This document shows positions 26,764-36,223 of a stretch of DNA of 43,428 nucleotides, piece after piece. Location: contig CAYUOT010000002.1 of the NCBI GenBank assembly GCA_964446475.1, forward strand, positions 1 through 43,428, in the 5' to 3' direction. This stretch comes from an uncultured Candidatus Saccharibacteria bacterium (GTDB taxonomy: Bacteria > Patescibacteriota > Minisyncoccia > Phycocordibacterales > UBA9973). How positions within the stretch are numbered: position 1 is the stretch's first letter; each line of letters begins with the position of its first letter. The translations under genes were made by a program, and so were the position numbers. The notes beneath the pieces are model-generated. The model made no database searches and was not told where the DNA came from. It saw nothing but the letters and a program-made list of their open reading frames with translations.

Positions 26764-27861
26764 TTAAAATAACTTTACAATATCATGGAAAGTTACTACA
26801 GCCATGAGAAGCATTAGAATTCCAAAACCTATAGTATTAACCCAGTTTGCAATTGATGGTTTAATACGAGAACCTTTTATTTTTTCTATTAATAAGAAAA
26901 GCAATCTTCCTCCATCTAAAGCTGGAAATGGCATAAGATTTATGACTGCCAAATTAATAGAAATGAGAGCTGTGAAAGAAAGCAAATAAACAAAACCAAA
27001 CTCTCTAGCATCACCAACTACCCCAACAATACCGATAGGACCAGTCACAGAGTTCATATCTGCTTTCCCTAAAACAGCATCTCTTAATAAATTAAAAAAT
27101 CCTATAGTTGTTGCTTTTGTTAAATTACATGTGAGTTTTGCCCCCTCCCATAAAGCTTTATGTGGTGGAATTTGAAGTTTACCAATTATATCCATTGTAA
27201 TACCAATAGCTCCATTTTCTCCAATAATCCCAGAAGTTGGAATAATTTTTACATCATTTATCTCATCTGCTCTTTTGTATTTGATACCTAACTCTTTTCC
27301 ATTTTTTGTTTTGACGAAATTACTAAATTCAGTTGTATCAAGAGGATTATTTATAAATTCATCTCCATATTCTATTGATAGTATTTTATCTCCAGTTTTT
27401 ATTCCTGCTTTTTCTGCTGGACTATCAGGCAAAACGCTCGTTATGGTCAAGGCTTTATCTTTTATAACTGTATTTTCTGGGGCACTATCCACAGAAGTAG
27501 GGAGGCCTGACATAAAACCAACAGAAAGGAGTATCCATGCAACTAAAATATTCATTACAACACCAGCAATCAAAACAAAAGCTTGTATATATCTTGGTTT
27601 ATTTACAAAACTTCTATCTTTATCTTTACCATTTATATTTTCTTCATCAGGATCTTCTCCGTAAATTTTAACATAGCCACCAAAAGGAATAGCATTGAAA
27701 TTGTATTCTGTCTCCCCTTTTTTAAAACCGAAAAGTTTTGGTTTAAAACCGAAAGAAAATTCATCCACCCTTATCCCCGACTTTTTCGCAACAATAAAAT
27801 GCCCAAATTCATGAGATAATACTAAAACTAATAAAATTATAAGAAAAATTAAAATATTCAT
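26764..27861 (-). CDS. rseP: RIP metalloprotease RseP (M50 site-2 protease with PDZ)
   Basis: HEFGHFIVAKKSGIRVDEFSFGF, PDZ-like SPAEKAGIKTGDKILSI, and NLMPFPALDGGRLLF. Confidence 0.9.
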   Translation of the reverse strand: MNILIFLIILLVLVLSHEFGHFIVAKKSGIRVDEFSFGFKPKLFGFKKGETEYNFNAIPFGGYVKIYGEDPDEENINGKDKDRSFVNKPRYIQAFVLIAGVVMNILVAWILLSVGFMSGLPTSVDSAPENTVIKDKALTITSVLPDSPAEKAGIKTGDKILSIEYGDEFINNPLDTTEFSNFVKTKNGKELGIKYKRADEINDVKIIPTSGIIGENGAIGITMDIIGKLQIPPHKALWEGAKLTCNLTKATTIGFFNLLRDAVLGKADMNSVTGPIGIVGVVGDAREFGFVYLLSFTALISINLAVINLMPFPALDGGRLLFLLIEKIKGSRIKPSIANWVNTIGFGILMLLMAVVTFHDIVKLF

Positions 27862-27902
27862 AGAGTTATAATAGCATATTTTTGTTTTTAGATAAAATAA
27901 AC

Positions 27903-27925
27903 TGCGTTAGGTAAGGCCTAACGCA
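27903..27925 (-). terminator. terminator after frr
   Basis: tgcgttagg / taagg / cctaacgca, then tttta. Confidence 0.7.
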
Positions 27926-27946
27926 TTTTATATTTCTAAAACCAAT

Positions 27947-28480
27947 TTATCCATTCATCAAATCTGTTTCTTTCTTGTCAAAAATTGTTTCTAAGTTTTG
28001 ATTTGCTTCATCTACGCATTTTTGAATCTCATCCTTGGCTCTCTTTTTTTCATCTTCTGTTAAATCTTCTGTTTCATCTATTGCACTTTGCCTTTCTTTG
28101 CGAACACTTATACGAGCATCTTCAAGCTTGTCTTTGAGTATTTTCACAAGCTTTATTTTATTCTCGGTTGTAAGCATTGGAAAAATAGCACGAACTCCTT
28201 CCCCATCAGAAACAACAGATAATCCTAGGTTTGCGTCTTGGATTGCTTTCTCTATAGTTTTTATATGATTTCTATCCCAAGGAGAAATGCGAAGAGTTTT
28301 CGCGTCTTCTATTGAAATACTAGCAACATTTTTAATAGGCATCATACTCCCATAGTTATCCACCATAACACTATCTAATATTATGGGAGTAGCTCTTCCT
28401 GTTTGAACTTGCATAAATTCTTTGGAAAGCCATTCTTCTATTTTCTTTAATTCACTTTTAAAATTTGTTGTATTATACAT
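27947..28480 (-). CDS. frr: ribosome recycling factor
   Basis: GRATPIILDSVMVDNYGSMMPIKNVASISIEDAKTLRISPWD, LGLSVVSDGEGVRAIFPMLTTE. Confidence 0.93.
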   Translation of the reverse strand: MYNTTNFKSELKKIEEWLSKEFMQVQTGRATPIILDSVMVDNYGSMMPIKNVASISIEDAKTLRISPWDRNHIKTIEKAIQDANLGLSVVSDGEGVRAIFPMLTTENKIKLVKILKDKLEDARISVRKERQSAIDETEDLTEDEKKRAKDEIQKCVDEANQNLETIFDKKETDLMNG

Positions 28481-28488
28481 ATAAACTA

Positions 28489-29178
28489 TTATAACATAAT
28501 TGCAATATGCTCCAAAATCATTTTAACCGAAGCACCTGGAGTCGAAAGATATTTTCTTTTATTGTTTATTTCTTCTAAAACTTCTAAAACATTTTTATCT
28601 TTATTATTATCTTTTAATTTTTTATAAAAATACAACTCAATAAAATTTAAAAAAATAGTTGCATAGGACCGGAAAACAGCACTCTCTTTGTCTTCATTAC
28701 TTTTTAATTTTTGAGAAATGAAATCAAATCTTTTTTTTAAAGGCATATTAATAAAATCAATCGCCTCTTTTTTAATTTCCCCATCTATATTTTCATTTTT
28801 TATTTTTACAACATGAACTCTAGACAAAATAGTATCTAATAAATTTGAAGAATTCGGAATAACTATAAAAAAATGAGTATTCTGGTTTGGCTCTTCTAAA
28901 ATTTTTAAAAGACTTCTTTCTGCGTCATGGTTTATATATTTACTAGCAATTATGCAAAATCTCTTTTGATTATTTATAGATTTATTTAAATGCCACTCAT
29001 GAATTAAATGGCTATCATCTATTTTAAAAGAGTCATATGTTTGATACAAAACCTCAATATCATCTCCGTGTTTTTCTTTTACAAAATTAAAAATAGAAAT
29101 AGAAGCTAGATCTCTATCTCCCTCTACAACATAACTATGATTTAACTCTTCTGGAAATAAATCTTTTATATTTTCCAT
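28489..29178 (-). CDS. holB: DNA polymerase III delta-prime-like clamp-loader subunit (short)
   Basis: AERSLLKILEEPNQNTHFFIVIPNSSNLLDTILSRVHVVKI matches the sensor-1/SRC region. No Walker A is seen, as is usual for delta-prime. Confidence 0.7.
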   Translation of the reverse strand: MENIKDLFPEELNHSYVVEGDRDLASISIFNFVKEKHGDDIEVLYQTYDSFKIDDSHLIHEWHLNKSINNQKRFCIIASKYINHDAERSLLKILEEPNQNTHFFIVIPNSSNLLDTILSRVHVVKIKNENIDGEIKKEAIDFINMPLKKRFDFISQKLKSNEDKESAVFRSYATIFLNFIELYFYKKLKDNNKDKNVLEVLEEINNKRKYLSTPGASVKMILEHIAIML

Positions 29179-29187
29179 ATTATTATT

Positions 29188-30243
29188 TTACCTTATTGGA
29201 AAAATATCTGAAAGCTCTCCTGAATAATAAAACTCATGACCAATATCTCCAAAAGTATAATCTTTCCCTGCAATATTTATAACAGCTCCACCTATTTCTG
29301 GATTTTCTTTTGGTGAAGAATAATAAAAACCGAGGTTGTATAATGTAGCCAAAATCCCAGCATCTTTGCTTATATCATAACCCTGACTATTCCACTGATG
29401 AATTATCTGATTTATAAAAAGACCAACATATAAATATGAATAATATGGATTTTTTGTGTTGGTGATTCTATCCATAACTTCTTCTTCTGTAATTACATCC
29501 TTTACTCCAGTTATATTTCTCATGTTACTTCCTAAATAAAATGAAGATTTTTCATTTTTTAGATTTTCTTCTATTTGTAAAATAGTTTTTGGTTTTATCC
29601 CCGCTATTCCATAAGAAATATTAGATAACGATGCAAGAATTTTTAATGGTTCAAAATAAGATTTAAAAGATTCTCTTCTGTTACTAAAAAATCTAAACTG
29701 CTCTCCAATAACACAAGAAAGAATCAACCTTGGGGAAACCCCAGCATCTTCTGCTGCTTTTTTAATAATATCTTGATCTCTAGTAAAAACATTTTTCATT
29801 AAAGACCATTCATCTGTATCTGCCCATTCATATGCTGATATAGCCAGATCAAATTCTTGAAGAATGTTGTTCGAACATTTTTCTATTTTATTTTTAAAAA
29901 CTAAATCATTGTTAAACCTAACAGAAGCCATATTTAACATCTTTGAAACAAGATCAAAATCATTTGTTTTCATTAAAGTATTATAAATATTTACAGAAGT
30001 AGTAGGGGCATATTTATTAAGTACATTAATTTTACAAGCAAGATTAAAATCATTTATATTTTCGGCTTTTGCTTCTTTTCTATTTATATTAAAATAAGAA
30101 TTTCTTTCTGAAATAGATCCTTTAACATTTAATAGACCCAATTTTAAAGAAATAAAAACTGAAACAAAAATAACCCCAATAATTGAGAATAAAAATAAAA
30201 AGAACAAAAAAAATTTTTTGACTAATTTTTTATTTTTAAGCAT
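29188..30243 (-). CDS. N-terminally anchored hypothetical protein, translationally abutted to mreB
   Basis: TM FFLFFLFLFSIIGVIFVSVFISL. The ATG at 30243 abuts the mreB stop at 30244-30246. Weak SLT-like spacing of CVIGEQ ... YGIAGIKP ... ATLYNLGF. Confidence 0.55.
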   Translation of the reverse strand: MLKNKKLVKKFFLFFLFLFSIIGVIFVSVFISLKLGLLNVKGSISERNSYFNINRKEAKAENINDFNLACKINVLNKYAPTTSVNIYNTLMKTNDFDLVSKMLNMASVRFNNDLVFKNKIEKCSNNILQEFDLAISAYEWADTDEWSLMKNVFTRDQDIIKKAAEDAGVSPRLILSCVIGEQFRFFSNRRESFKSYFEPLKILASLSNISYGIAGIKPKTILQIEENLKNEKSSFYLGSNMRNITGVKDVITEEEVMDRITNTKNPYYSYLYVGLFINQIIHQWNSQGYDISKDAGILATLYNLGFYYSSPKENPEIGGAVINIAGKDYTFGDIGHEFYYSGELSDIFPIR

Positions 30244-31260
30244 TTATTGTCTTTTACTTATAATAGTTTTTTTGTAAGTATCTAAATGATGAAGAGCTTC
30301 ACCTGTTCCCTTTGCTACACAAAAAAGAGACTCATCTGAAACTCTAGCTTTAACACCTGTTTTTCTGTAAATCAAATCTGCCAAATTTCTAAGCTGAGAA
30401 GTCCCCCCTGTCATAATTATTCCATCGTCAATAATATCAGCAGCTAACTCTGGTGGAGTTTCAGCTAAAACATCTTTAATTGCACCTATCATAATTTTTA
30501 ATTCTTTATCTATCGCTCTTACAATTTCATTTGTAGAAACTTGAGCAGTCCTAGGAAGTCCTTGAATAAAATCTCTTCCTTTAATAGTTGCTGTCAATTC
30601 TTCTTCTAGAGAAATAGCAGAACCAATTTTTATTTTAATTGTTTCTGATGTCTTATCCCCTATAGCAAGATTAAATGTCTTTTTTATATAATCAGCAATC
30701 GCTTGGTCAAGTTTATCTCCAGCACATTTAACAGAAGTAGAAGCAACTATTCCACCCAAAGAAATAACAGCAACATCAGTAGTTCCTCCCCCAATATCCA
30801 TAATCATGTGGCCTCTTGATTCATGAATTGGTATTCCTGCTCCAATAGCAGCAAGTATTGGCTCTTTCACTACATAAGCATTACGAGCACCTGCCCTAAT
30901 AGCAGCCTCGACGACAGCTCTTCTTTCTGTAGAAGTAATACCAGCGGGAACAGAAACCATTATATCTGGTTTAAATAAATTATATTTGCCTAAAGTTTTA
31001 CCAATAAAATACCTGAGCATAGCCTCTGTAACTCTATAATCGGCAATAACACCATCTTTCATTGGACGATAAACGATAATACTTTCTGGGGTTTTCCCTA
31101 TCATATCTTTTGCCTCTTTCCCAATAGCCAAAATAGTATTATCTTGTTCAGAAATAGCAACAACAGACGGTTCATTTAAAACAACACCTTTGCCTGGAAG
31201 ATACACAAGAGTATTTGCTGTTCCCAAATCTATTCCTAATTTTTTAGACATAAATCCCAT
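30244..31260 (-). CDS. mreB: rod shape-determining protein MreB
   Basis: LGIDLGTANTLVY, DIGGGTTDVAVISLGG, IMTGGTSQLRNL. The track start at 31281 is a TTG; ATGs at 31260 and 31251 are more plausible. Confidence 0.93.
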   Translation of the reverse strand: MGFMSKKLGIDLGTANTLVYLPGKGVVLNEPSVVAISEQDNTILAIGKEAKDMIGKTPESIIVYRPMKDGVIADYRVTEAMLRYFIGKTLGKYNLFKPDIMVSVPAGITSTERRAVVEAAIRAGARNAYVVKEPILAAIGAGIPIHESRGHMIMDIGGGTTDVAVISLGGIVASTSVKCAGDKLDQAIADYIKKTFNLAIGDKTSETIKIKIGSAISLEEELTATIKGRDFIQGLPRTAQVSTNEIVRAIDKELKIMIGAIKDVLAETPPELAADIIDDGIIMTGGTSQLRNLADLIYRKTGVKARVSDESLFCVAKGTGEALHHLDTYKKTIISKRQ

Positions 31261-31347
31261 AACAAGCCGATTATAGCACAAAAATAAATAAACTAAAGAA
31301 AAAACTCACATCCTCTTGGAGAATATGAGTTTTGGGAAAAACCTTGA

Positions 31348-31641
31348 TTATCGGCTTCTTCGTGCTTCTTTGCGGTTTTCTTTTTGGATTTTTTTGATGC
31401 GAGCTTCTCGCATCTTATCTCTTTTTTCCTCTGTAGAACCAAGAGATTGGTTGTAAAAAGGTAAATTTGAATTTACCGAACCAACTTCACCACGAGTCCA
31501 TTTGTTTGAATATTCTCCACCCCTTGAGGAAGCAAGAATTTCATTAGTTGGTGAATAATGACTAGAAGCCATTTTAGTAGAATTGCAACTTGATAAAAAA
31601 ATCGCAGCAAAAAATCCAATTAAAAAAAGTACTTTTTTCAT
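31348..31641 (-). CDS. small lipoprotein with basic C-terminus
   Basis: Lipobox FLSSCN in MKKVLFLIGFFAAIFLSSCNST. C-terminal KKIQKENRKEARRSR. Confidence 0.55.
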   Translation of the reverse strand: MKKVLFLIGFFAAIFLSSCNSTKMASSHYSPTNEILASSRGGEYSNKWTRGEVGSVNSNLPFYNQSLGSTEEKRDKMREARIKKIQKENRKEARRSR

Positions 31642-31768
31642 AAATATATATTTTTTAGTAAATACTCAAAAAATTTATCTCATCGAGAGTCTAGCATATT
31701 TAAGACTTATTGTCAAGTTCTAAGTATGAGTTATAATCTTCCCTCTTTTATGATATTATATTTTATAT

Positions 31769-33727
31769 ATGTACATCTTAACTGTTATACCAATCAAAAA
31801 AGGATTCCAAAAAGAAAACTTAACATATTTTTGTTCTCAAAAAGTAACCCTTGGCTCAATAGTTGAAATACCAATAAGAAAAAAAACAGCAGATGCTATT
31901 GTTGTTGATATTGAAAATGCTCATGATGTTAAATTTGATATAAAAAATAAAGACTATCAATTAAAAAAAATAAATAAAATAAAAGGATCAGCTATTTTTA
32001 GTAATGCCTTTTTCGAAACATGCGAAAGCTTAAAATATTATTATAACAGCAACACAGGAGTAATAATTGATTCAATACTTCCTAAAATATTTTTAGATAG
32101 TATTTCGAGTTTCAAAAAAACTAAAAATAATTCTAAAGAAAATAATATAGATATAAACAATAATATAGATGTTGAGAAATTAATTTTTCAATCTCCATGG
32201 GATGAAAGAATTAGTTGGTATAAAACATTAATAAGAGAGTCTTTTGCTAAAAAAGAATCTTTATACATAGTAGCCCCCACAATTTATGATACAGAAATAC
32301 TTAAAAATGAATTATCAAAAGGCATTGATTCATATGTCTATATATTCAATAGCAGAATAAATAATAAAAACCTAATCGAAAACTATAATAAAGCAACAAC
32401 AGAAGAACACCCTGTATTAATAATAGGAACGGCATCTTTTATATGTATTCCAAGAGAAGATATTAAAACAATAATTATTGAAAAGGAAAGTAGTGAAGCA
32501 TACAAACAGACAAGAAGACCTTTTGTTGATTTAAGAAATTTTATAGAAGTTTTTTCATATATTAATAAAGTAAAAATAATATTAAGTGATACGATCTTAA
32601 GACCAGAAACTATTTATAGACATGAAAATGGAGAGTTGGGAGAAGTAAGACCACCTTCTTTTAGATTAAAAGAAACAAAAAAACAAATTCTTATCAATAT
32701 GAAAAAAGAATTTGAAGAAAAAAGAGATAAAAAATTTGAAATATTTGGAGATGAAACAAAAAAAATAATAGATGAATCTTTACTAAAAAAAGAATCTATT
32801 TTTATCTATATAACACGTAAGGGACTTGCCCCAGTAACTGCTTGTAATGACTGCGGGCATACACTCATATGTCCTTCTTGTGAAACTCCAATAGTTTTGT
32901 ATGGAACAAAACAAATGACTGCAAACAAAGGAACGACAAAAAGAATTTTTATGTGTAATAAATGTGGGAGAAAAGAAACAACAGAAACTAGATGCCCTCT
33001 TTGTAATAGTTGGAATTTAACACCTTTAGGAATAGGAGCAGATAAAGTATATGAAGAAATAAAAAAAATATATCCACAATCAAATATCTTACAAATAGAC
33101 AAAGAAAATACCACAGACAAAGAAGCAAAAGAAATTATTAATATTTTTGAAAAAAATAAAGGTTCTATACTAATAGGAACGGAAATGGCTTTTTCTTATA
33201 TAAAAGAAAACGTAGATCATAGTATTGTTGTATCACTTGATGGGATTTTATCAATACCAAGTTTTAATATTAATCAAAAAATATTACATATAATAGAAAG
33301 ACTCCAAATAATAACAAATAACAATTTAGTAATACAAACAAGAGATCCAGAAAATAAAATTTTAGAAAATATTCTAAAAGGAAATGTATTACCAATATTT
33401 AGACAAGACCTAATAGAAAGAGAATCTTTTGGATATCCTCCATTCAAAAAACTTATAAAAATTACATTTATAGGAAACAAGGAAGAAACAGAAAAATCTA
33501 GAAATTATATAAATAAAATATTAGAAAATTACGACCCCCAAATTTTTTCTGCTTTTATTGGTAAAATTAAGGGAGAATATGTAACAAATACAATTATTAA
33601 AATCAATCCTCAAATGTGGCAATTACCCAAAAATAACAAAAATTCAATAAATGAAGATTTGGCTTTAAAATTATCTAATCTATCACAAGCATTCTCTATA
33701 AATATAGAACCTGAGGATTTATTATAA
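31769..33727 (+). CDS. priA: primosomal protein N' (PriA) homolog with degenerate helicase motifs
   Basis: Cys-rich zinc region CNDCGHTLICPSCETPIVLYG...MCNKCGRKE...RCPLCNSWNLTPLGIGADKV, and C-terminal FGYPPF. Collinear positions read QSPWDERISWY for GVTGSGKTEVY and IIIEKESSEAYKQ for IVDEEHDSSYKQ. Confidence 0.8.
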   Translation: MYILTVIPIKKGFQKENLTYFCSQKVTLGSIVEIPIRKKTADAIVVDIENAHDVKFDIKNKDYQLKKINKIKGSAIFSNAFFETCESLKYYYNSNTGVIIDSILPKIFLDSISSFKKTKNNSKENNIDINNNIDVEKLIFQSPWDERISWYKTLIRESFAKKESLYIVAPTIYDTEILKNELSKGIDSYVYIFNSRINNKNLIENYNKATTEEHPVLIIGTASFICIPREDIKTIIIEKESSEAYKQTRRPFVDLRNFIEVFSYINKVKIILSDTILRPETIYRHENGELGEVRPPSFRLKETKKQILINMKKEFEEKRDKKFEIFGDETKKIIDESLLKKESIFIYITRKGLAPVTACNDCGHTLICPSCETPIVLYGTKQMTANKGTTKRIFMCNKCGRKETTETRCPLCNSWNLTPLGIGADKVYEEIKKIYPQSNILQIDKENTTDKEAKEIINIFEKNKGSILIGTEMAFSYIKENVDHSIVVSLDGILSIPSFNINQKILHIIERLQIITNNNLVIQTRDPENKILENILKGNVLPIFRQDLIERESFGYPPFKKLIKITFIGNKEETEKSRNYINKILENYDPQIFSAFIGKIKGEYVTNTIIKINPQMWQLPKNNKNSINEDLALKLSNLSQAFSINIEPEDLL

Positions 33728-33772
33728 AATATCCTTGCTTAGATTATATATATATGTTAATATAACATCACT

Positions 33773-34021
33773 ATGGTAACAGTAATAGAAGTAAAGAAAA
33801 ATACAAATGAGAGTAATACAAACCTTATCCGTCGATTTAGTCGTAAGGTTAGTGAGTCAGGTATTATCCAAAAAGTTAAAGGTAAACGCTATAACGAAAG
33901 AAATCTTTCTAAATTAAAAGTTAAGTTAGATACTTTAAAGCGTTTGACTCGTCGTAAAGAAAATGAGAAACTTTTAAAATTAGGTAAGGGCAAAAAACCC
34001 AAAACAAAAGGACATCGTTAA
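33773..34021 (+). CDS. rpsU: 30S ribosomal protein S21 (divergent)
   Basis: VIEVKKNTNESNTNLIRRFSRKVSESGIIQKVKGKRYNERNLSK parallels V.V..NE..d.ALRRFKR.cek.Gvl.e.r.r..YEKP. Very basic tail. Confidence 0.7.
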   Translation: MVTVIEVKKNTNESNTNLIRRFSRKVSESGIIQKVKGKRYNERNLSKLKVKLDTLKRLTRRKENEKLLKLGKGKKPKTKGHR

Positions 34022-34026
34022 ACTTT

Positions 34027-34410
34027 ATGGAAGAATTATCGTGCATAATTTCAAACAGAACAAAAGACAAGCTTCCACGCTTGTCTTTTGTTTCTATGAA
34101 AAATGAAATTCTTGGAGAAGAATATTATTTTGAGATTAGTTTTATTTCATCAAAAAAACAAAGAGAATTAAATAAAAAATATAGAAATATAGATAAAACC
34201 ACAAACATATTATCTTTTCCTCTATCTAAAAATTCAGGAGAAATAACAATCGATATTAAAAAAGCAAAATCCGAAGCTCATCTTTTTGAGATGACTAAAA
34301 CATCATTTTTAAAATTTTTAGTTATCCACGGAATGTTACATTTGAAGGGATTCGATCATGGTGCTATAATGGAAAGACAAGAGAAAAAGTTTCTTAAGAA
34401 ATTCTCTTAA
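34027..34410 (+). CDS. ybeY: rRNA maturation RNase YbeY
   Basis: HGMLHLKGFDH zinc motif, and TNILSFPL. Confidence 0.88.
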   Translation: MEELSCIISNRTKDKLPRLSFVSMKNEILGEEYYFEISFISSKKQRELNKKYRNIDKTTNILSFPLSKNSGEITIDIKKAKSEAHLFEMTKTSFLKFLVIHGMLHLKGFDHGAIMERQEKKFLKKFS

Positions 34411-34422
34411 TTTTATTTCCAA

Positions 34423-35595
34423 ATGAAAAAAAATAAAATTTCAATTAGTATAGACATTGGATCCTACTCCACAAGGGTAGTTGTTCTTGCTTTTGATAAA
34501 GAAACAAATCAACCTCATGTATTAGGACTTGGTATCAGTCAAAATGAAGGAATGCGCCTTGGATATGTAAAAAATATAGACAAGGTATCAGAGAGTATTA
34601 AAAAAGCAGTAAGACAAGCAGAAGCAACATCTGGAATTAAAATAAGACAAGCAATAGTATCAATTGGAGGTATTGGGCTTAGTTCTGCAATATCAAATGG
34701 CTCAGTAATAATATCTAAAGCAGATCAAGAAATAACAGATTTCGATAAAAAAAAGGCAATACTAAATAGCCAAGAAAATTTAGATCTAACTAACAAAAAA
34801 ATAATTCAATCAATTCCTCTTTTATACAAACTGGATGGAAAAGAAATATATGGAAACCCAGAAGGAATGTATGGAGTAAAATTAGAAGTAAAAACTCTTT
34901 ATATAACTTGTTCTAAACAGAACCTTAGTGACTTAATCACTTCTGTAGAATTATCAAATATAGAAATAATAGATATAGTACCTGAAGCAATTGCAAGTTC
35001 AACAATATTATTAAACAATAAACAAAAAGCAGCAGGTAGTGCAATCTTAGATATAGGAGCTGAAACTGTATCTTTCGCAGTATTTGAAAATAATCTACCC
35101 TTACTTTTGCAAGTATTTCCTATCGGCAGTATGGATATAACAAAAGACATAGCACTCGGGCTTCGTGTGAGTTTAGATGAAGCAGAAAGTATAAAGCTCG
35201 GAAGTGTAATTGGTGGAGATTTCCCAAAGAAAAAAATAGATGAAATAATAGAAGCAAGACTTGGAGATATTTTTGAGTTAATAGAAAATAATTTAAAAAA
35301 AATAAAAAGAAATGAATTATTACCAGCAGGAATAGTTGTTACCGGAGGAGGTTCTCATGTCAATAACATTGAAGAAATGATTAAAAAAGAACTTAAGCTA
35401 CCCGTGAGAATAGGTTTACTTGACCCAACAATATCTAGTAAACTAAAAATAAAAGATAATTCTTGGCATACCGCATTCGGACTAGCTCTATATATAAATG
35501 ACAATAATCTAAGGGACCAAGATGCAGATGACAATAATTTAATTAAAAAAATAAAAATTGGAATTAAGACAGCCCTATCACAACTCCTACCATAA
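34423..35595 (+). CDS. ftsA: cell division protein FtsA
   Basis: SIDIGSYSTRVVVLAF, ILDIGAETVSFAVFENN, GIVVTGGGSHVNNIEEMIKKELKLPVRIG. Confidence 0.88.
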   Translation: MKKNKISISIDIGSYSTRVVVLAFDKETNQPHVLGLGISQNEGMRLGYVKNIDKVSESIKKAVRQAEATSGIKIRQAIVSIGGIGLSSAISNGSVIISKADQEITDFDKKKAILNSQENLDLTNKKIIQSIPLLYKLDGKEIYGNPEGMYGVKLEVKTLYITCSKQNLSDLITSVELSNIEIIDIVPEAIASSTILLNNKQKAAGSAILDIGAETVSFAVFENNLPLLLQVFPIGSMDITKDIALGLRVSLDEAESIKLGSVIGGDFPKKKIDEIIEARLGDIFELIENNLKKIKRNELLPAGIVVTGGGSHVNNIEEMIKKELKLPVRIGLLDPTISSKLKIKDNSWHTAFGLALYINDNNLRDQDADDNNLIKKIKIGIKTALSQLLP

Positions 35596-35596
35596 A

Positions 35597-35625
35597 AAAG
35601 TCCTAAGCTTATAGCTTAGGACTTT
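35597..35625. terminator. bidirectional hairpin between convergent ftsA and the 143-aa gene
   Basis: aaagtcctaagc / ttata / gcttaggacttt. It overlaps the last codons and stop of the minus-strand ORF. Confidence 0.75.
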
Positions 35626-36040
35626 CTACATTAACTAACTCAGGATAGTTTTTAAAAAATTCTCCCCTTTTTTCTTCTAGAGAGACTTTTTCGTGTTTGA
35701 GCTTTGTAAATTCTCCCTGAAGACGTTTAATTTCATCTGCGATGAAATTAATTTCTTCATCTTTTTCTTTTATTGATTGCTTAACTTTTTCATATAAAAA
35801 TCTTGGAGACTTTTCTTCTATTTTCAAAGAAAGAAAATTTTTATAATCTTTTTTTGCTAAATAAAAAGCAAAAAACAATGCAATAAACAAAACCACAATC
35901 CAAGCAAAAACATTAAAATCATCTTTGCTAAATAATTGTTTTATTCCCCAACAAAGAACAGAAGAAACACATAACCCTATTATTAAAAAAGCCAAAAGGT
36001 GATGGAATTTTTGATTAAAATATTCAGAAAATTCTTTCAT
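35609..36040 (-). CDS. two-TM plus coiled-coil small membrane protein
   Basis: TMs LLAFLIIGLCVSSVLCWGI and AWIVVLFIALFFAFYLA. Heptad-like IADEIKRLQGEFTKLKHEKVSLEEKRGEF. ATG start. Confidence 0.55.
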   Translation of the reverse strand: MKEFSEYFNQKFHHLLAFLIIGLCVSSVLCWGIKQLFSKDDFNVFAWIVVLFIALFFAFYLAKKDYKNFLSLKIEEKSPRFLYEKVKQSIKEKDEEINFIADEIKRLQGEFTKLKHEKVSLEEKRGEFFKNYPELVNVESPKL

Positions 36041-36223
36041 GATATTAAGATTTTAAATTATTTTAAAATTACTTTATTTTCTTATAATTGTAACATTATA
36101 TATATAAAAGTCAAGGGGTTTTCATTTATTAATAAAGTTGATATTATATAGACATACAATAATATGTCGATATCCTAAAAGATAATCATAATTTAGTATT
36201 AATAATTTTATAATTTAAAAAAT

